Assembly (NCBI GenBank): GCA_021513695.1
Contig: CP084166.1
Coordinates: 128,001-192,000 of the forward strand
Origin: Candidatus Heimdallarchaeum aukensis
Lineage (GTDB): Archaea > Asgardarchaeota > Heimdallarchaeia > Heimdallarchaeales > Heimdallarchaeaceae
DNA: 64,000 bases
Reading direction: 5' to 3'
Shown here: positions 47,170 through 55,809 of the stretch, piece after piece
How the letters are laid out: each line of letters begins with the position of its first letter
Position numbering within the stretch: the stretch's first letter is position 1
Made by a program: the position numbers and the translations under genes
The notes under the pieces: generated by a model
What the model was told of the DNA's origin: nothing
The model's input: the letters and a program-made list of their open reading frames with translations, nothing else
Database searches by the model: none

Positions 47170-49161
47170 TTATTCAAACCAATACATAGATGTTTTTTCG
47201 AAACATTCTTTTGTTAAATTTTGTGAAAGCTTAAAATAATTAGTAACTTTTTTATCTATCCTTTTTCTGAAAATCACTGCTTGATTAAAATCTCTATCTG
47301 ATTTTATCCAGTTTTTTGTAATTTCTTTCATTGTTACCCAGATATCAGAGGAAGGAAAAGGGATTGGTATCTCTCTAAAAAGGTTTGAAGTTATGTCTCT
47401 TACAATAAAACTTTCTACTATAAATTGAACAAATGAGGAGGAAAGATAACCAAACAACCCATAAAGGTCTATTTGTTCATCAGGAATTATGATGTCAAAA
47501 ATGTCGTTTACGTAATAGCCTTCTAGGTCCAAACCAATAAAATACTTCTTTCCTCTATTTCTACGGACTATTTTTGGTTTTTCAAATATTTGATGATCTC
47601 CTGGTGCTCCTAATACTTTTCTGTCATAAATTATTTTTTCTTTTCCTGGAAAAACTTCAAAGTTTATGACACCTTCTTTGTAATTATTTGAAAAGATATT
47701 GTGTCTTACTATTTCTACAGATTTAATTTCATTTGAATATTTCTTTTTTTTAATATACTTCTCTTTGTATCTCTTTGTTATCGTTAATCCTCGTCTAATA
47801 AAAGAATGTTCTTTTAATTTAGGGTAATTATTCAGGATAGTGCTGATTTCCTTTTGACTTTCAGAACTAAAATTTGAAAAAAGAAAAAGAGGAGGGAAAA
47901 TGAAGCTATAGTCTATTTTGTGTTCATGATTATCTTTTCTTTTATGAAATTTAATGTAATTACTTTCGTTTTTTAAATCCATTGATAACAAAAAGAATTC
48001 ATTGGAAACGTCTTTAAAGGAATAATCTAAATCTGTGTAAATTTCTACATCATATCTATTATCTTTGAGGTGTTTTCTCCATTTCTTGCCATAAGTATCA
48101 GTTATGATACCTGAAGGTAATATTAATCCTACTTTCTCTTTGGATAAACTTTCTGCAATGATCAAAAAAGGTAGAGCAAAATTATATTTTCCAAAGATTC
48201 TATTTTTATAAGGTTCTCTCTTTAAGAATTCTTTATATCTATTATTTATTTTTTTATATTCTATCCACGGTGGATTTCCAATAACAAAATCAAAAAATTT
48301 TTTCTGAAGACTTAAACTTTCATCAAAAAATATTTCAGGCAAATCAACAAAAAAGCTAAATTTGGATAGAGAAGGATATTTCTTCGATATTTCATCTCTT
48401 TTTGTTAAACATTCTTTTATATCTTGAAAAGAAATTTCTTTTTTACCAAATATCACTTCTCTTCTTTTTTCACGAAGTATCGCTAAAAGTTTCAAAAAAG
48501 TTGTATTTTTTCTTTCTGACATTTGCTTTATTATTCTTTCATCATAACCAAGAATGCTATCTCCGTATTTTGAGATTAAAGGAAGTAATTTTCTTTTTCT
48601 ATTATCTTGTAACATGAAAAAGAGTTTGAAAACTTGAAATTCATAAATAAATGGATCAACTTCAACTGAATATGGCATAATCTCTTGTTTTTCAAAAGCT
48701 GGGTAGAGAAAATCTCCTATTCCTGAAGAAATATCGATAACTGTTTTAGTTTTTTTAGAATTGTTACTCAAAATATCTAATAAATCATATACCTTTTTAA
48801 CAAGAATCCTATTAGTAAAATATTGACCTGTTAATCTCGTTTTATCTTGAATAAGTGATAAAATATTAACTTCATTTATTGTCTTGATTATATTTTTGAT
48901 TTGTTCAAAAACCCAAACTGGTAACTTTTTTTCTAGAACTCTGAGTTTTTCTAACGATAGAAGTATTTGCTTATCATCTTGATTTAGATTAACCAGATTT
49001 ATTAACGAAGTTTTTTGTTGATTTTGTTCAGATGAAAAGGATGAAGAATTGTAAATAAAGTAAAACTTTACTATCATCGATTTTAATTCATTAACTGAAA
49101 CTTTGTACCTACTAGCCTTTTTCTGAATTCTACTATGTAGATTTTCCTCTTTTATTTCCAT
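47170..49161 (-). CDS. N6-adenine DNA methyltransferase (gamma-class, Eco57I/TaqI-like) with C-terminal target-recognition region
   Basis: Motif order X-I-IV: GQYFTNRILVKKVYDLL, VIDISSGIGDFLY (SAM-binding), FDFVIGNPPWIEYKK (NPPW catalytic). I could not see a PD-(D/E)xK nuclease motif. Confidence 0.85.
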   Translation of the reverse strand: MEIKEENLHSRIQKKASRYKVSVNELKSMIVKFYFIYNSSSFSSEQNQQKTSLINLVNLNQDDKQILLSLEKLRVLEKKLPVWVFEQIKNIIKTINEVNILSLIQDKTRLTGQYFTNRILVKKVYDLLDILSNNSKKTKTVIDISSGIGDFLYPAFEKQEIMPYSVEVDPFIYEFQVFKLFFMLQDNRKRKLLPLISKYGDSILGYDERIIKQMSERKNTTFLKLLAILREKRREVIFGKKEISFQDIKECLTKRDEISKKYPSLSKFSFFVDLPEIFFDESLSLQKKFFDFVIGNPPWIEYKKINNRYKEFLKREPYKNRIFGKYNFALPFLIIAESLSKEKVGLILPSGIITDTYGKKWRKHLKDNRYDVEIYTDLDYSFKDVSNEFFLLSMDLKNESNYIKFHKRKDNHEHKIDYSFIFPPLFLFSNFSSESQKEISTILNNYPKLKEHSFIRRGLTITKRYKEKYIKKKKYSNEIKSVEIVRHNIFSNNYKEGVINFEVFPGKEKIIYDRKVLGAPGDHQIFEKPKIVRRNRGKKYFIGLDLEGYYVNDIFDIIIPDEQIDLYGLFGYLSSSFVQFIVESFIVRDITSNLFREIPIPFPSSDIWVTMKEITKNWIKSDRDFNQAVIFRKRIDKKVTNYFKLSQNLTKECFEKTSMYWFE

Positions 49162-49243
49162 TATTTCCCATTTTAATTTATAAGATAAAAAAATTCTCTT
49201 AAATACTTAAAGCTACAGATATCTTTTTATTTTTTAGCTACGT

Positions 49244-51307
49244 ATGTCTCATATATTGAAGCAAAATGTAAAGATACCCAAAGAAATACTCCCATTCTAT
49301 AAATTATTTAATGATTATGAGAAAGAACAATTTCAAAAATTGTCATCTTTAAACCAAATGTCTAATTTAAATGAAATAGGTACATTATTGTTAGATATCT
49401 TTAATAAAGAAATTGAACACACTTCATATTTTATGCTTGCTCTTGGCAGAATATTATATCATACTTCAGATATGTTAAATCTTGAAAATATCTATAAAGA
49501 AACCGATTCTGCTGAAATAGGGTTATGGTACGCTTTCTTGAGAATTATTAGTTCAGACGATGTACGAAAGGAAGAAATTCTATTAGATCAACTGAAAGAA
49601 AAACTAAATTATTCCTTATTGCACCTTCTTTGGACTATTGTTGAGCTTAATTTTTATGTATATTCAGGAAATCAATTTAATTTTAGAGAAACTAAAGATA
49701 TTATAATTAATCGTTTTTTAGTTGAAGATATCGAAAATAGAGAAAAACATAAAGTGATTTTCAAGCTTTTTTATTCATATATTTTAATTATAGAAATAAA
49801 TTTGAATTTTCTACAGAATCACATTTCATATGCTAAAGACCTACTTATCCATGCTTCTGATATTATAGTTACTTTAGAAGATAGGATTTTAGAGTCGATG
49901 CAACTTAGATTATCTGCATTAATTGAGTTAAGAAAAAACAACTTTTCAACAGCTCAACATCTATTTTTACGTTCTCTTGCTCTCGCAGATATGTTAAAAG
50001 AAATAAGATTTGCAATACAAGTTAATTCAGAAATTGGAGACCTATATCTACAGATGGGCCATGTTAAAGATGCAAAATTGTTTTACGATAAATCACTAGA
50101 GCTTTTAAAAAAGCATGTACCTTATGATTCTTCATTGCAAGGCATTCTACTTTCTAAGATTGCTGATTACTATTTTGTGAATGAAAAGTTTCAAAAGTCT
50201 CTAGATTTGCTTGATGAAGCTCTTTCATTCTTTAAAGTAGATAATAATTTTTCATTTCAGATCAAACTCAAATACATTGAATATCTTTTAAATTTGAAAA
50301 AAGTTAATAAAGCAGAATCTTTGTTGGTTTCAAGTTTTCAAAAGAAAGACAATTATCTTTATTTGCAGAATCAGAGTTTTTGCCTGTATTTAAGAGGATT
50401 TATTGAATTTCTTAAGAAGAATTTTGGTAAAGCCCAGTCTTTCCTCTATGAGGCAATAGGGATTGCAGATAGAACAGGAGATGAATGGACCAGTTCAAAA
50501 TCTTTAGTTCTTCTTTTAATTTTGCTTCTTCTAAAGTATAACTTAGCTTCAAAAGTAGACGATATAGTAGAAGCAGACAAGTGTGTAGATGATATAATTA
50601 CATTTTTAGAAGAAAAAGCGAAGTTTAAAGAACTTGCTCAGATATATCTAATTCGAGCTAAGATAAGAAAAATACTTCTCGACTTTGAGACTTCACTTTT
50701 TTTACTGAAAACAGGAGAAAATATAGCTAGACAGTATTATCCTGAACTTATTACTAAATATGAAGAAAATATTGATGAGATTTCTAGACTCTTAAATTTT
50801 GAAAACATTGCAGAGACAGAAACACCCTCCATAGATTTCAAGGAAGATATTGACACAATTTTTCAAATTCTTATCAGACAGACTAAAAAACTTGGTTCTC
50901 CAATAGAAAGTATTACAATAGCCGTACTTATTTTTCATTCAAGCGGTATACCAGTTCGGACTTATCGTTCTGAAGAGCTCTATATTAGTGATGATATGAT
51001 CTTTGGTGGTTTTGTGTCAGCAATAAGACATCTGCTTGATGAATTGTTCTATTCCCAAGAATCAAAGTCTTTAAGTGTTGATCATGGACAGTACAAGCTT
51101 CTAATTGAGTTTTACAAGAATTTATTTTCTATTGTTATTCTTACTGTTCGAGATAGCTTCTTGTTACGCAGAAAGATGCATCAATTAGTTAGTTTTGTAG
51201 CTTCAAAGGATCTGTTCAAAGAGAAATATTTTGGTAAAATTGATGAACTTGCTTTGAGAGACATTGATTCATTTGTTGAGAAGTTGTTTAAAGTCAAAAA
51301 GAATTAG
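49244..51307 (+). CDS. TPR-repeat protein with C-terminal roadblock/longin-like domain (paralogue 1)
   Basis: TPR-like units, for example IGDLYLQMGHVKDAKLFYDKSLELL. The C-terminal ~130 aa are IAVLIFHSSGIPVRTYRSEE..DDMIFGGFVSAIRHLLDELF...GQYKLLIEFYKNLFSIVILTVRDSFLLRRKMHQLVSFV. Confidence 0.7.
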   Translation: MSHILKQNVKIPKEILPFYKLFNDYEKEQFQKLSSLNQMSNLNEIGTLLLDIFNKEIEHTSYFMLALGRILYHTSDMLNLENIYKETDSAEIGLWYAFLRIISSDDVRKEEILLDQLKEKLNYSLLHLLWTIVELNFYVYSGNQFNFRETKDIIINRFLVEDIENREKHKVIFKLFYSYILIIEINLNFLQNHISYAKDLLIHASDIIVTLEDRILESMQLRLSALIELRKNNFSTAQHLFLRSLALADMLKEIRFAIQVNSEIGDLYLQMGHVKDAKLFYDKSLELLKKHVPYDSSLQGILLSKIADYYFVNEKFQKSLDLLDEALSFFKVDNNFSFQIKLKYIEYLLNLKKVNKAESLLVSSFQKKDNYLYLQNQSFCLYLRGFIEFLKKNFGKAQSFLYEAIGIADRTGDEWTSSKSLVLLLILLLLKYNLASKVDDIVEADKCVDDIITFLEEKAKFKELAQIYLIRAKIRKILLDFETSLFLLKTGENIARQYYPELITKYEENIDEISRLLNFENIAETETPSIDFKEDIDTIFQILIRQTKKLGSPIESITIAVLIFHSSGIPVRTYRSEELYISDDMIFGGFVSAIRHLLDELFYSQESKSLSVDHGQYKLLIEFYKNLFSIVILTVRDSFLLRRKMHQLVSFVASKDLFKEKYFGKIDELALRDIDSFVEKLFKVKKN

Positions 51308-51389
51308 TTATTTATGCTCATAAAAAGTTTTTTCTTTTAGACGTAACAAGATAATATTTTTAAGAATAGTAAATATAATGTAAATAAGA

Positions 51390-53474
51390 ATGTCAGTAGT
51401 ATACAGTTTCCCTAGGGAATATAGTCATTATATCCCTCTTTTCACTAGAGAAGAACAAGATTTGATTAACAACTTTTCATCAAAAGTTAATAAAGATACT
51501 TCAATGGGAATCTTGAAAGATATCCTTTTAGATATTTTAGATAATCTTTCTTCCCCTTCTCTCTATTTCTTATACTCACTAGGTAAAGTTTTATTCATTT
51601 CTAGTAATTATAATCTACTTGAAGAACTCAATAAGAAATATAAAAGTGAGAGTTTAGAGCTGTGGTGGGGAAATGCTCTAATAAGGCGAACTGAGAATGA
51701 TAAAGTAATTAATCTCGCTTTGAAAATACTCAACAAGAATCCTGAAGAAAAAATAATTAGATTACATTGTTATGCCCTTTTAGCTAATGCATATGCAAAT
51801 ATGGAAAGTGAAAATCAATATAGACATTATATGCAAGAACTCTATCATGAGTCAATTATCTTTCATAGAGATTTAGATAAAGAAAAAATTGTAATAAATG
51901 ATATCCTTCTTTTTGCACATGCTATTGACATTTGGAAAGAGAGAATATCTGCACCTCTTTTAAAACTTGAAAACAAAATTGATGTAGCTTTTCAAATTGC
52001 AAAAGAACTAGGAGATCGTTATCACCTTGGAAGGTTGTACAACATAAGAGGAGTAATTTACAGATATGTAGGAAGAATCTCTGATTCATTTGAATTTATA
52101 AATAAGGCTATAAATTATTATAAAGCAGTTGGAGCTAGGAGAGGAGTAGCAGCAGCAAAAGCAAATCTTGCAACAATTTATACAATTAAAAATGAACTAG
52201 ATAAAGCCGAGAAATTACTAAAAGAGTCTCTCTCAATTTTTTTGGAAGTAGGTGATTACAAAAATCAATCCTTAATTCACTCTTCTTTAGGTGAAATTGC
52301 TATTGCTAAAGGAGATTATCACTCTGCTTTAGAATTGTATGAAGAATCTGTAAGTATATTGGAGCAAATAAACGCACACGAACTACAAGTTTATTGCTCT
52401 TTAGGCGAATTATATTATTTCTTAGGAAATAAAGAAAAAATGAAAATAATAATGAAATTCCTGCAAGAGACAGACAAAAAGAAAGAAGGATTCGTCTATG
52501 GATATTATAATTTGTTTAAAGCTCTTTTAGAAATTGATAACATGAATTATGGTAAAGCAAATGAATACTTGGAAAAAGCTTTGTCTATAAGTGATACAAG
52601 AGGAACAGGATTTTTCTCTGCAAAAATACTTCTTCAACTGTCATTGATCAACATAAAGCAATATGATTCTTTTCAAGAAAAGGAGTATTTAGAAAAAGCA
52701 AAACAGTACATAAATGATTTAGAACCATTTTATGAAGAGTTGAATAAAACAATTGAACATGTAATAATTCTATTGGTTCTTTCAAAAATATATGCAGTAA
52801 TGGAAGAATATACGAAGTCTTTTAACATTTTACAAAAAGCAAAAGATCGTCTTAATTTGTCAAAGAAAGAAAGAAAAAAGGATAAATATTACCACTTAAT
52901 AGAAAATAGAATTAAAGAACTTGAAGAAATCTTTTCAAAAGCCAAAACCGAAACATCATTCCAAAATGAAACTTTTCAATATGAAATTAAAGAAATGGAA
53001 AGTATAAGCATTAGACAAATATCAGAATATGAAAAAGAATTAAGAACTTCAATATTGGCACTTTTAATAGTACATCCTTCAGGAATACCTTTAATGAATT
53101 ATACGCTCAAGAGGTCTAGTCAATTTAGAGATGAACTAATGTTTGGAGGTTTTATTGTAGCTGTAAAAGACATGATAGAAGAGTTATTCTCTAATCCAAT
53201 GCAGAGTAAAGTAATGGTCATTAGCTATGGTAATAATAAGATAATAATGGAGCACAGTCCAAAGAGAAATTTTAGTGTAATTATTTTATCATCAAAGGAT
53301 AGTTTTATTCTACGAAGAAAAATTCATCGATTAACTCAAAATCTACAAGATATAGAGCTCCCGCAACAGTATATTGGAGAATTGACCCCTAAAACAGCTT
53401 CAAGAATAAATGAAGAAGTAAAAAATGTTTTTGGAGAAAACTTAATGCTATATGAAGGTGCTGTTCATATTTAG
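51390..53474 (+). CDS. TPR-repeat protein with C-terminal roadblock/longin-like domain (paralogue 2)
   Basis: Clear TPRs: LGRLYNIRGVIYRYVGRISDSFEFINKAINYYKAVG, AAAKANLATIYTIKNELDKAEKLLKESLSIF, SSLGEIAIAKGDYHSALELYEESVSI. C-terminus: ILALLIVHPSGIPLMNYTL...DELMFGGFIVAVKDMIEELF...NKIIMEHSPKRNFSVIILSSKDSFILRRKIHRL. It is collinear with 49244-51307. Confidence 0.7.
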   Translation: MSVVYSFPREYSHYIPLFTREEQDLINNFSSKVNKDTSMGILKDILLDILDNLSSPSLYFLYSLGKVLFISSNYNLLEELNKKYKSESLELWWGNALIRRTENDKVINLALKILNKNPEEKIIRLHCYALLANAYANMESENQYRHYMQELYHESIIFHRDLDKEKIVINDILLFAHAIDIWKERISAPLLKLENKIDVAFQIAKELGDRYHLGRLYNIRGVIYRYVGRISDSFEFINKAINYYKAVGARRGVAAAKANLATIYTIKNELDKAEKLLKESLSIFLEVGDYKNQSLIHSSLGEIAIAKGDYHSALELYEESVSILEQINAHELQVYCSLGELYYFLGNKEKMKIIMKFLQETDKKKEGFVYGYYNLFKALLEIDNMNYGKANEYLEKALSISDTRGTGFFSAKILLQLSLINIKQYDSFQEKEYLEKAKQYINDLEPFYEELNKTIEHVIILLVLSKIYAVMEEYTKSFNILQKAKDRLNLSKKERKKDKYYHLIENRIKELEEIFSKAKTETSFQNETFQYEIKEMESISIRQISEYEKELRTSILALLIVHPSGIPLMNYTLKRSSQFRDELMFGGFIVAVKDMIEELFSNPMQSKVMVISYGNNKIIMEHSPKRNFSVIILSSKDSFILRRKIHRLTQNLQDIELPQQYIGELTPKTASRINEEVKNVFGENLMLYEGAVHI

Positions 53475-53613
53475 AAATCAAATTACAATGAATAAATCTT
53501 AATAGTGAAGTTTCTAACAGGGTAAAGAAAATACTTTTTTTGATAAAGTAAATTGAAGTGAAATTTATTTTTTCCTAGAAAAATTAAAAAACAAGCAAAA
53601 ATCAAAGCATTAT

Positions 53614-54720
53614 ATGAGTAAATTATTTACTCCCTTTAAAATAGGAAAAATTGAACTAAAAAATAGATTGATAAGATCAGCAACTACCTCATATTGGTCA
53701 ACGAATGATGGATTACTTACAGAACCTATCTTTGATTATTACGAGAAACTTGCTAAAGGGGGAGTAGGTCTTATTATAAAAGGTCATTCGTATATAAATG
53801 ATAAAGCAAGAGCACATCAAAGACAATCAGGATTATGCAACAAAGAACATGTAAAAAAAATGAAAGAATTAACGGAAATTGTTCATAAATATGAAACTCC
53901 TATTATTGCTCAATTAAACCATGGGGGATATTATTGTAGAGATGACAGAATTAGTGCTTCCAAGTACCGTTCTAAAAAATGGCAATCTAGACAAGCATCT
54001 ATTGAAGAAATAAAAAAAATAATTAATGATTTTGCTAATTCAGCTGAACTTGCTATAGAAGCAGGGTTTGATGGAGTACAGATTCATGCAGCACATGGTT
54101 ATCTTATAAGTCAATTTTTATCTGATATTGTTAATAAGAGAAAAGATGAATATGGAGGGTCTTTAGAAAATAGAGCTCGTCTGCTTTTAGATGTTTATTC
54201 TGCAATCAGAGACAGAATCGGAAAAAGAGAAGTAGTAGGAGTAAAAATCAACTGTGATGATTTCGCTAATGAAGGTGGATTTACAATAGAGCAATCTATA
54301 CAAGTAATGAAATGGTTATCAAAAAATTCCATTGACTTTATTGAAATATCTGGAGGAGGTCCTGAACAAAATAGAGAAATTAGAAAAAAGAGAGCTAGAT
54401 ACATAGATTCAAGTAATGGAAAGTCTCCTTTAGAACAACCAACATTTGGTGGATATGCAATTAAAATAAAAAAAGAGATTAAAAACACTCCTCTCTCTTT
54501 AGTTGATGGAATACGAACAAAAGAAACAATGGATGCTTTGCTCGATAATAATATTGTTGACTTGGTTTCGATGAGTAAGCCATTTATTATTGAACCTGAT
54601 TTTCCAGCAAAAATGAAAAACGGACAAAGTCGTTCAGCTTGTATTGACTGTTTAAGATGCTTACAGCCTAACAATTTTGGTAAAAAAATGTTAAGATGTT
54701 TCTATCTAAACGAGATCTAA
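53614..54720 (+). CDS. NADH:flavin oxidoreductase (Old Yellow Enzyme family)
   Basis: LFTPFKIGKIELKNRLIRSATT..., GFDGVQIHAAHGYLISQFLS..NKRKDEYGGSLENRARLLLDV. Confidence 0.9.
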   Translation: MSKLFTPFKIGKIELKNRLIRSATTSYWSTNDGLLTEPIFDYYEKLAKGGVGLIIKGHSYINDKARAHQRQSGLCNKEHVKKMKELTEIVHKYETPIIAQLNHGGYYCRDDRISASKYRSKKWQSRQASIEEIKKIINDFANSAELAIEAGFDGVQIHAAHGYLISQFLSDIVNKRKDEYGGSLENRARLLLDVYSAIRDRIGKREVVGVKINCDDFANEGGFTIEQSIQVMKWLSKNSIDFIEISGGGPEQNREIRKKRARYIDSSNGKSPLEQPTFGGYAIKIKKEIKNTPLSLVDGIRTKETMDALLDNNIVDLVSMSKPFIIEPDFPAKMKNGQSRSACIDCLRCLQPNNFGKKMLRCFYLNEI

Positions 54721-54797
54721 AAAGAAAATTTTCTTTTTTATCTCTAATCACTAAACTAAAAGATTTAATATTTATTTTTATGTTATTGTTCTGAACA

Positions 54798-55625
54798 ATG
54801 ACATCTAATTTTGAGTATTTTAAAATATTAAAGCCTGTCTTAGTCACTGGAGGAATGATATTAAACCTCATGAGAGGAAAAGTAACTAATCAACCAAAAG
54901 AAAGTGATCTCCCTCCAGAATTGGTTAAAGAAAGCTCTACTGCTCACACAGAAATTGACGACTTTGTACAAGATATAGCCCTCGAAATTCTCCATTCTTC
55001 TTTACCAGATATTGGAATAAATGCAGAAGAAGTTACAGATAGAGTAAAATGGTTTAAACAAGACAAAACAGGACTCTGTTTTCATCTAGATCCCTTAGAT
55101 GGGACGCTGGCATATACAAAAAATAGAGAAGATTTTGCTATTGGTGCAGCTTTATCTGACAAATTAAAATTTATAGCCAGTGGGATATACTTTCCTGCAG
55201 TTGATAGACTTTTTTACGCAGAAAAAGGAAAAGGTGTTCTAGTTATTAATAGTTTAGGAGAAAAGATTTCATTCACTAGACCTTCCTCACCAGAAAAAAA
55301 ATATGCGCAAAAAAGATGTGATGAGTATGTTCCCATTCTAGAAAAATTAGCTTTTACAAAGCTAGATTCAATGAGTGCTCATCATAGTATGATTTCTATC
55401 CTAGAAGGAAAAGCTGCAATTCAGATGTATCATATGGCAAGCCCTCATGATTTTGGAATTCCTCAACTAATTCTTGAAGAAGCAGGAGGAATATGTACTG
55501 ATCTTGAAGGGAAACCAATAAAATATGACCCAGACTTTAATAGAGTGCCCTACTTCCTCGCTTTCTTTGATACTAAAATCAAGGACTTATTTTTCAAAGA
55601 AATAGAGAGAAGTAAAACATTGTAG
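54798..55625 (+). CDS. Inositol monophosphatase / CysQ superfamily phosphatase
   Basis: Metal-binding motif FHLDPLDGTLAY (the DPxDGT motif), and the C-terminal motif region SPHDFGIPQLILEEAGG (corresponding to WD.AAG..I..EAGG). Confidence 0.7.
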   Translation: MTSNFEYFKILKPVLVTGGMILNLMRGKVTNQPKESDLPPELVKESSTAHTEIDDFVQDIALEILHSSLPDIGINAEEVTDRVKWFKQDKTGLCFHLDPLDGTLAYTKNREDFAIGAALSDKLKFIASGIYFPAVDRLFYAEKGKGVLVINSLGEKISFTRPSSPEKKYAQKRCDEYVPILEKLAFTKLDSMSAHHSMISILEGKAAIQMYHMASPHDFGIPQLILEEAGGICTDLEGKPIKYDPDFNRVPYFLAFFDTKIKDLFFKEIERSKTL

Positions 55626-55652
55626 ATGACTTATTTTTTTACGTAAGTTTGT
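55626..55652. repeat. Left inverted repeat / junction of the TnpB element (contains TTACGTAA at 55639-55646)
   Basis: See the mobile_element entry. The 16-nt core ttttttacgtaagttt is a perfect reverse complement of 57466-57481. Confidence 0.75.
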
Positions 55653-55809
55653 AAAAATTGAGGGAGAATTGAATGTAAAAAAAGAAAAAGGAAAGGAGGA
55701 AGGGAGTGGAAAGGAAAATGATGGCTTTTTATAGGGAAAAAAAGTATAAGTAAGTAAGAAGAGAAGAAGAAAACCAAAGAAAGAGAAAATAGAAGGAGAA
55801 AAGAAAGAG

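Larger units (their letters stand above)
44630..47977. repeat. Tandem duplication, copy B (3348 bp)
   Basis: Gene-start offsets relative to copy A are 3350 (taw1), then 3348 for the HEAT, RHH and MTase-tail genes. The translated ORFs are identical. The only differences I found are T5 versus T4 (42187-42191 / 45537-45540) and T8 versus T7 (42222-42229 / 45571-45577). Confidence 0.9.
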
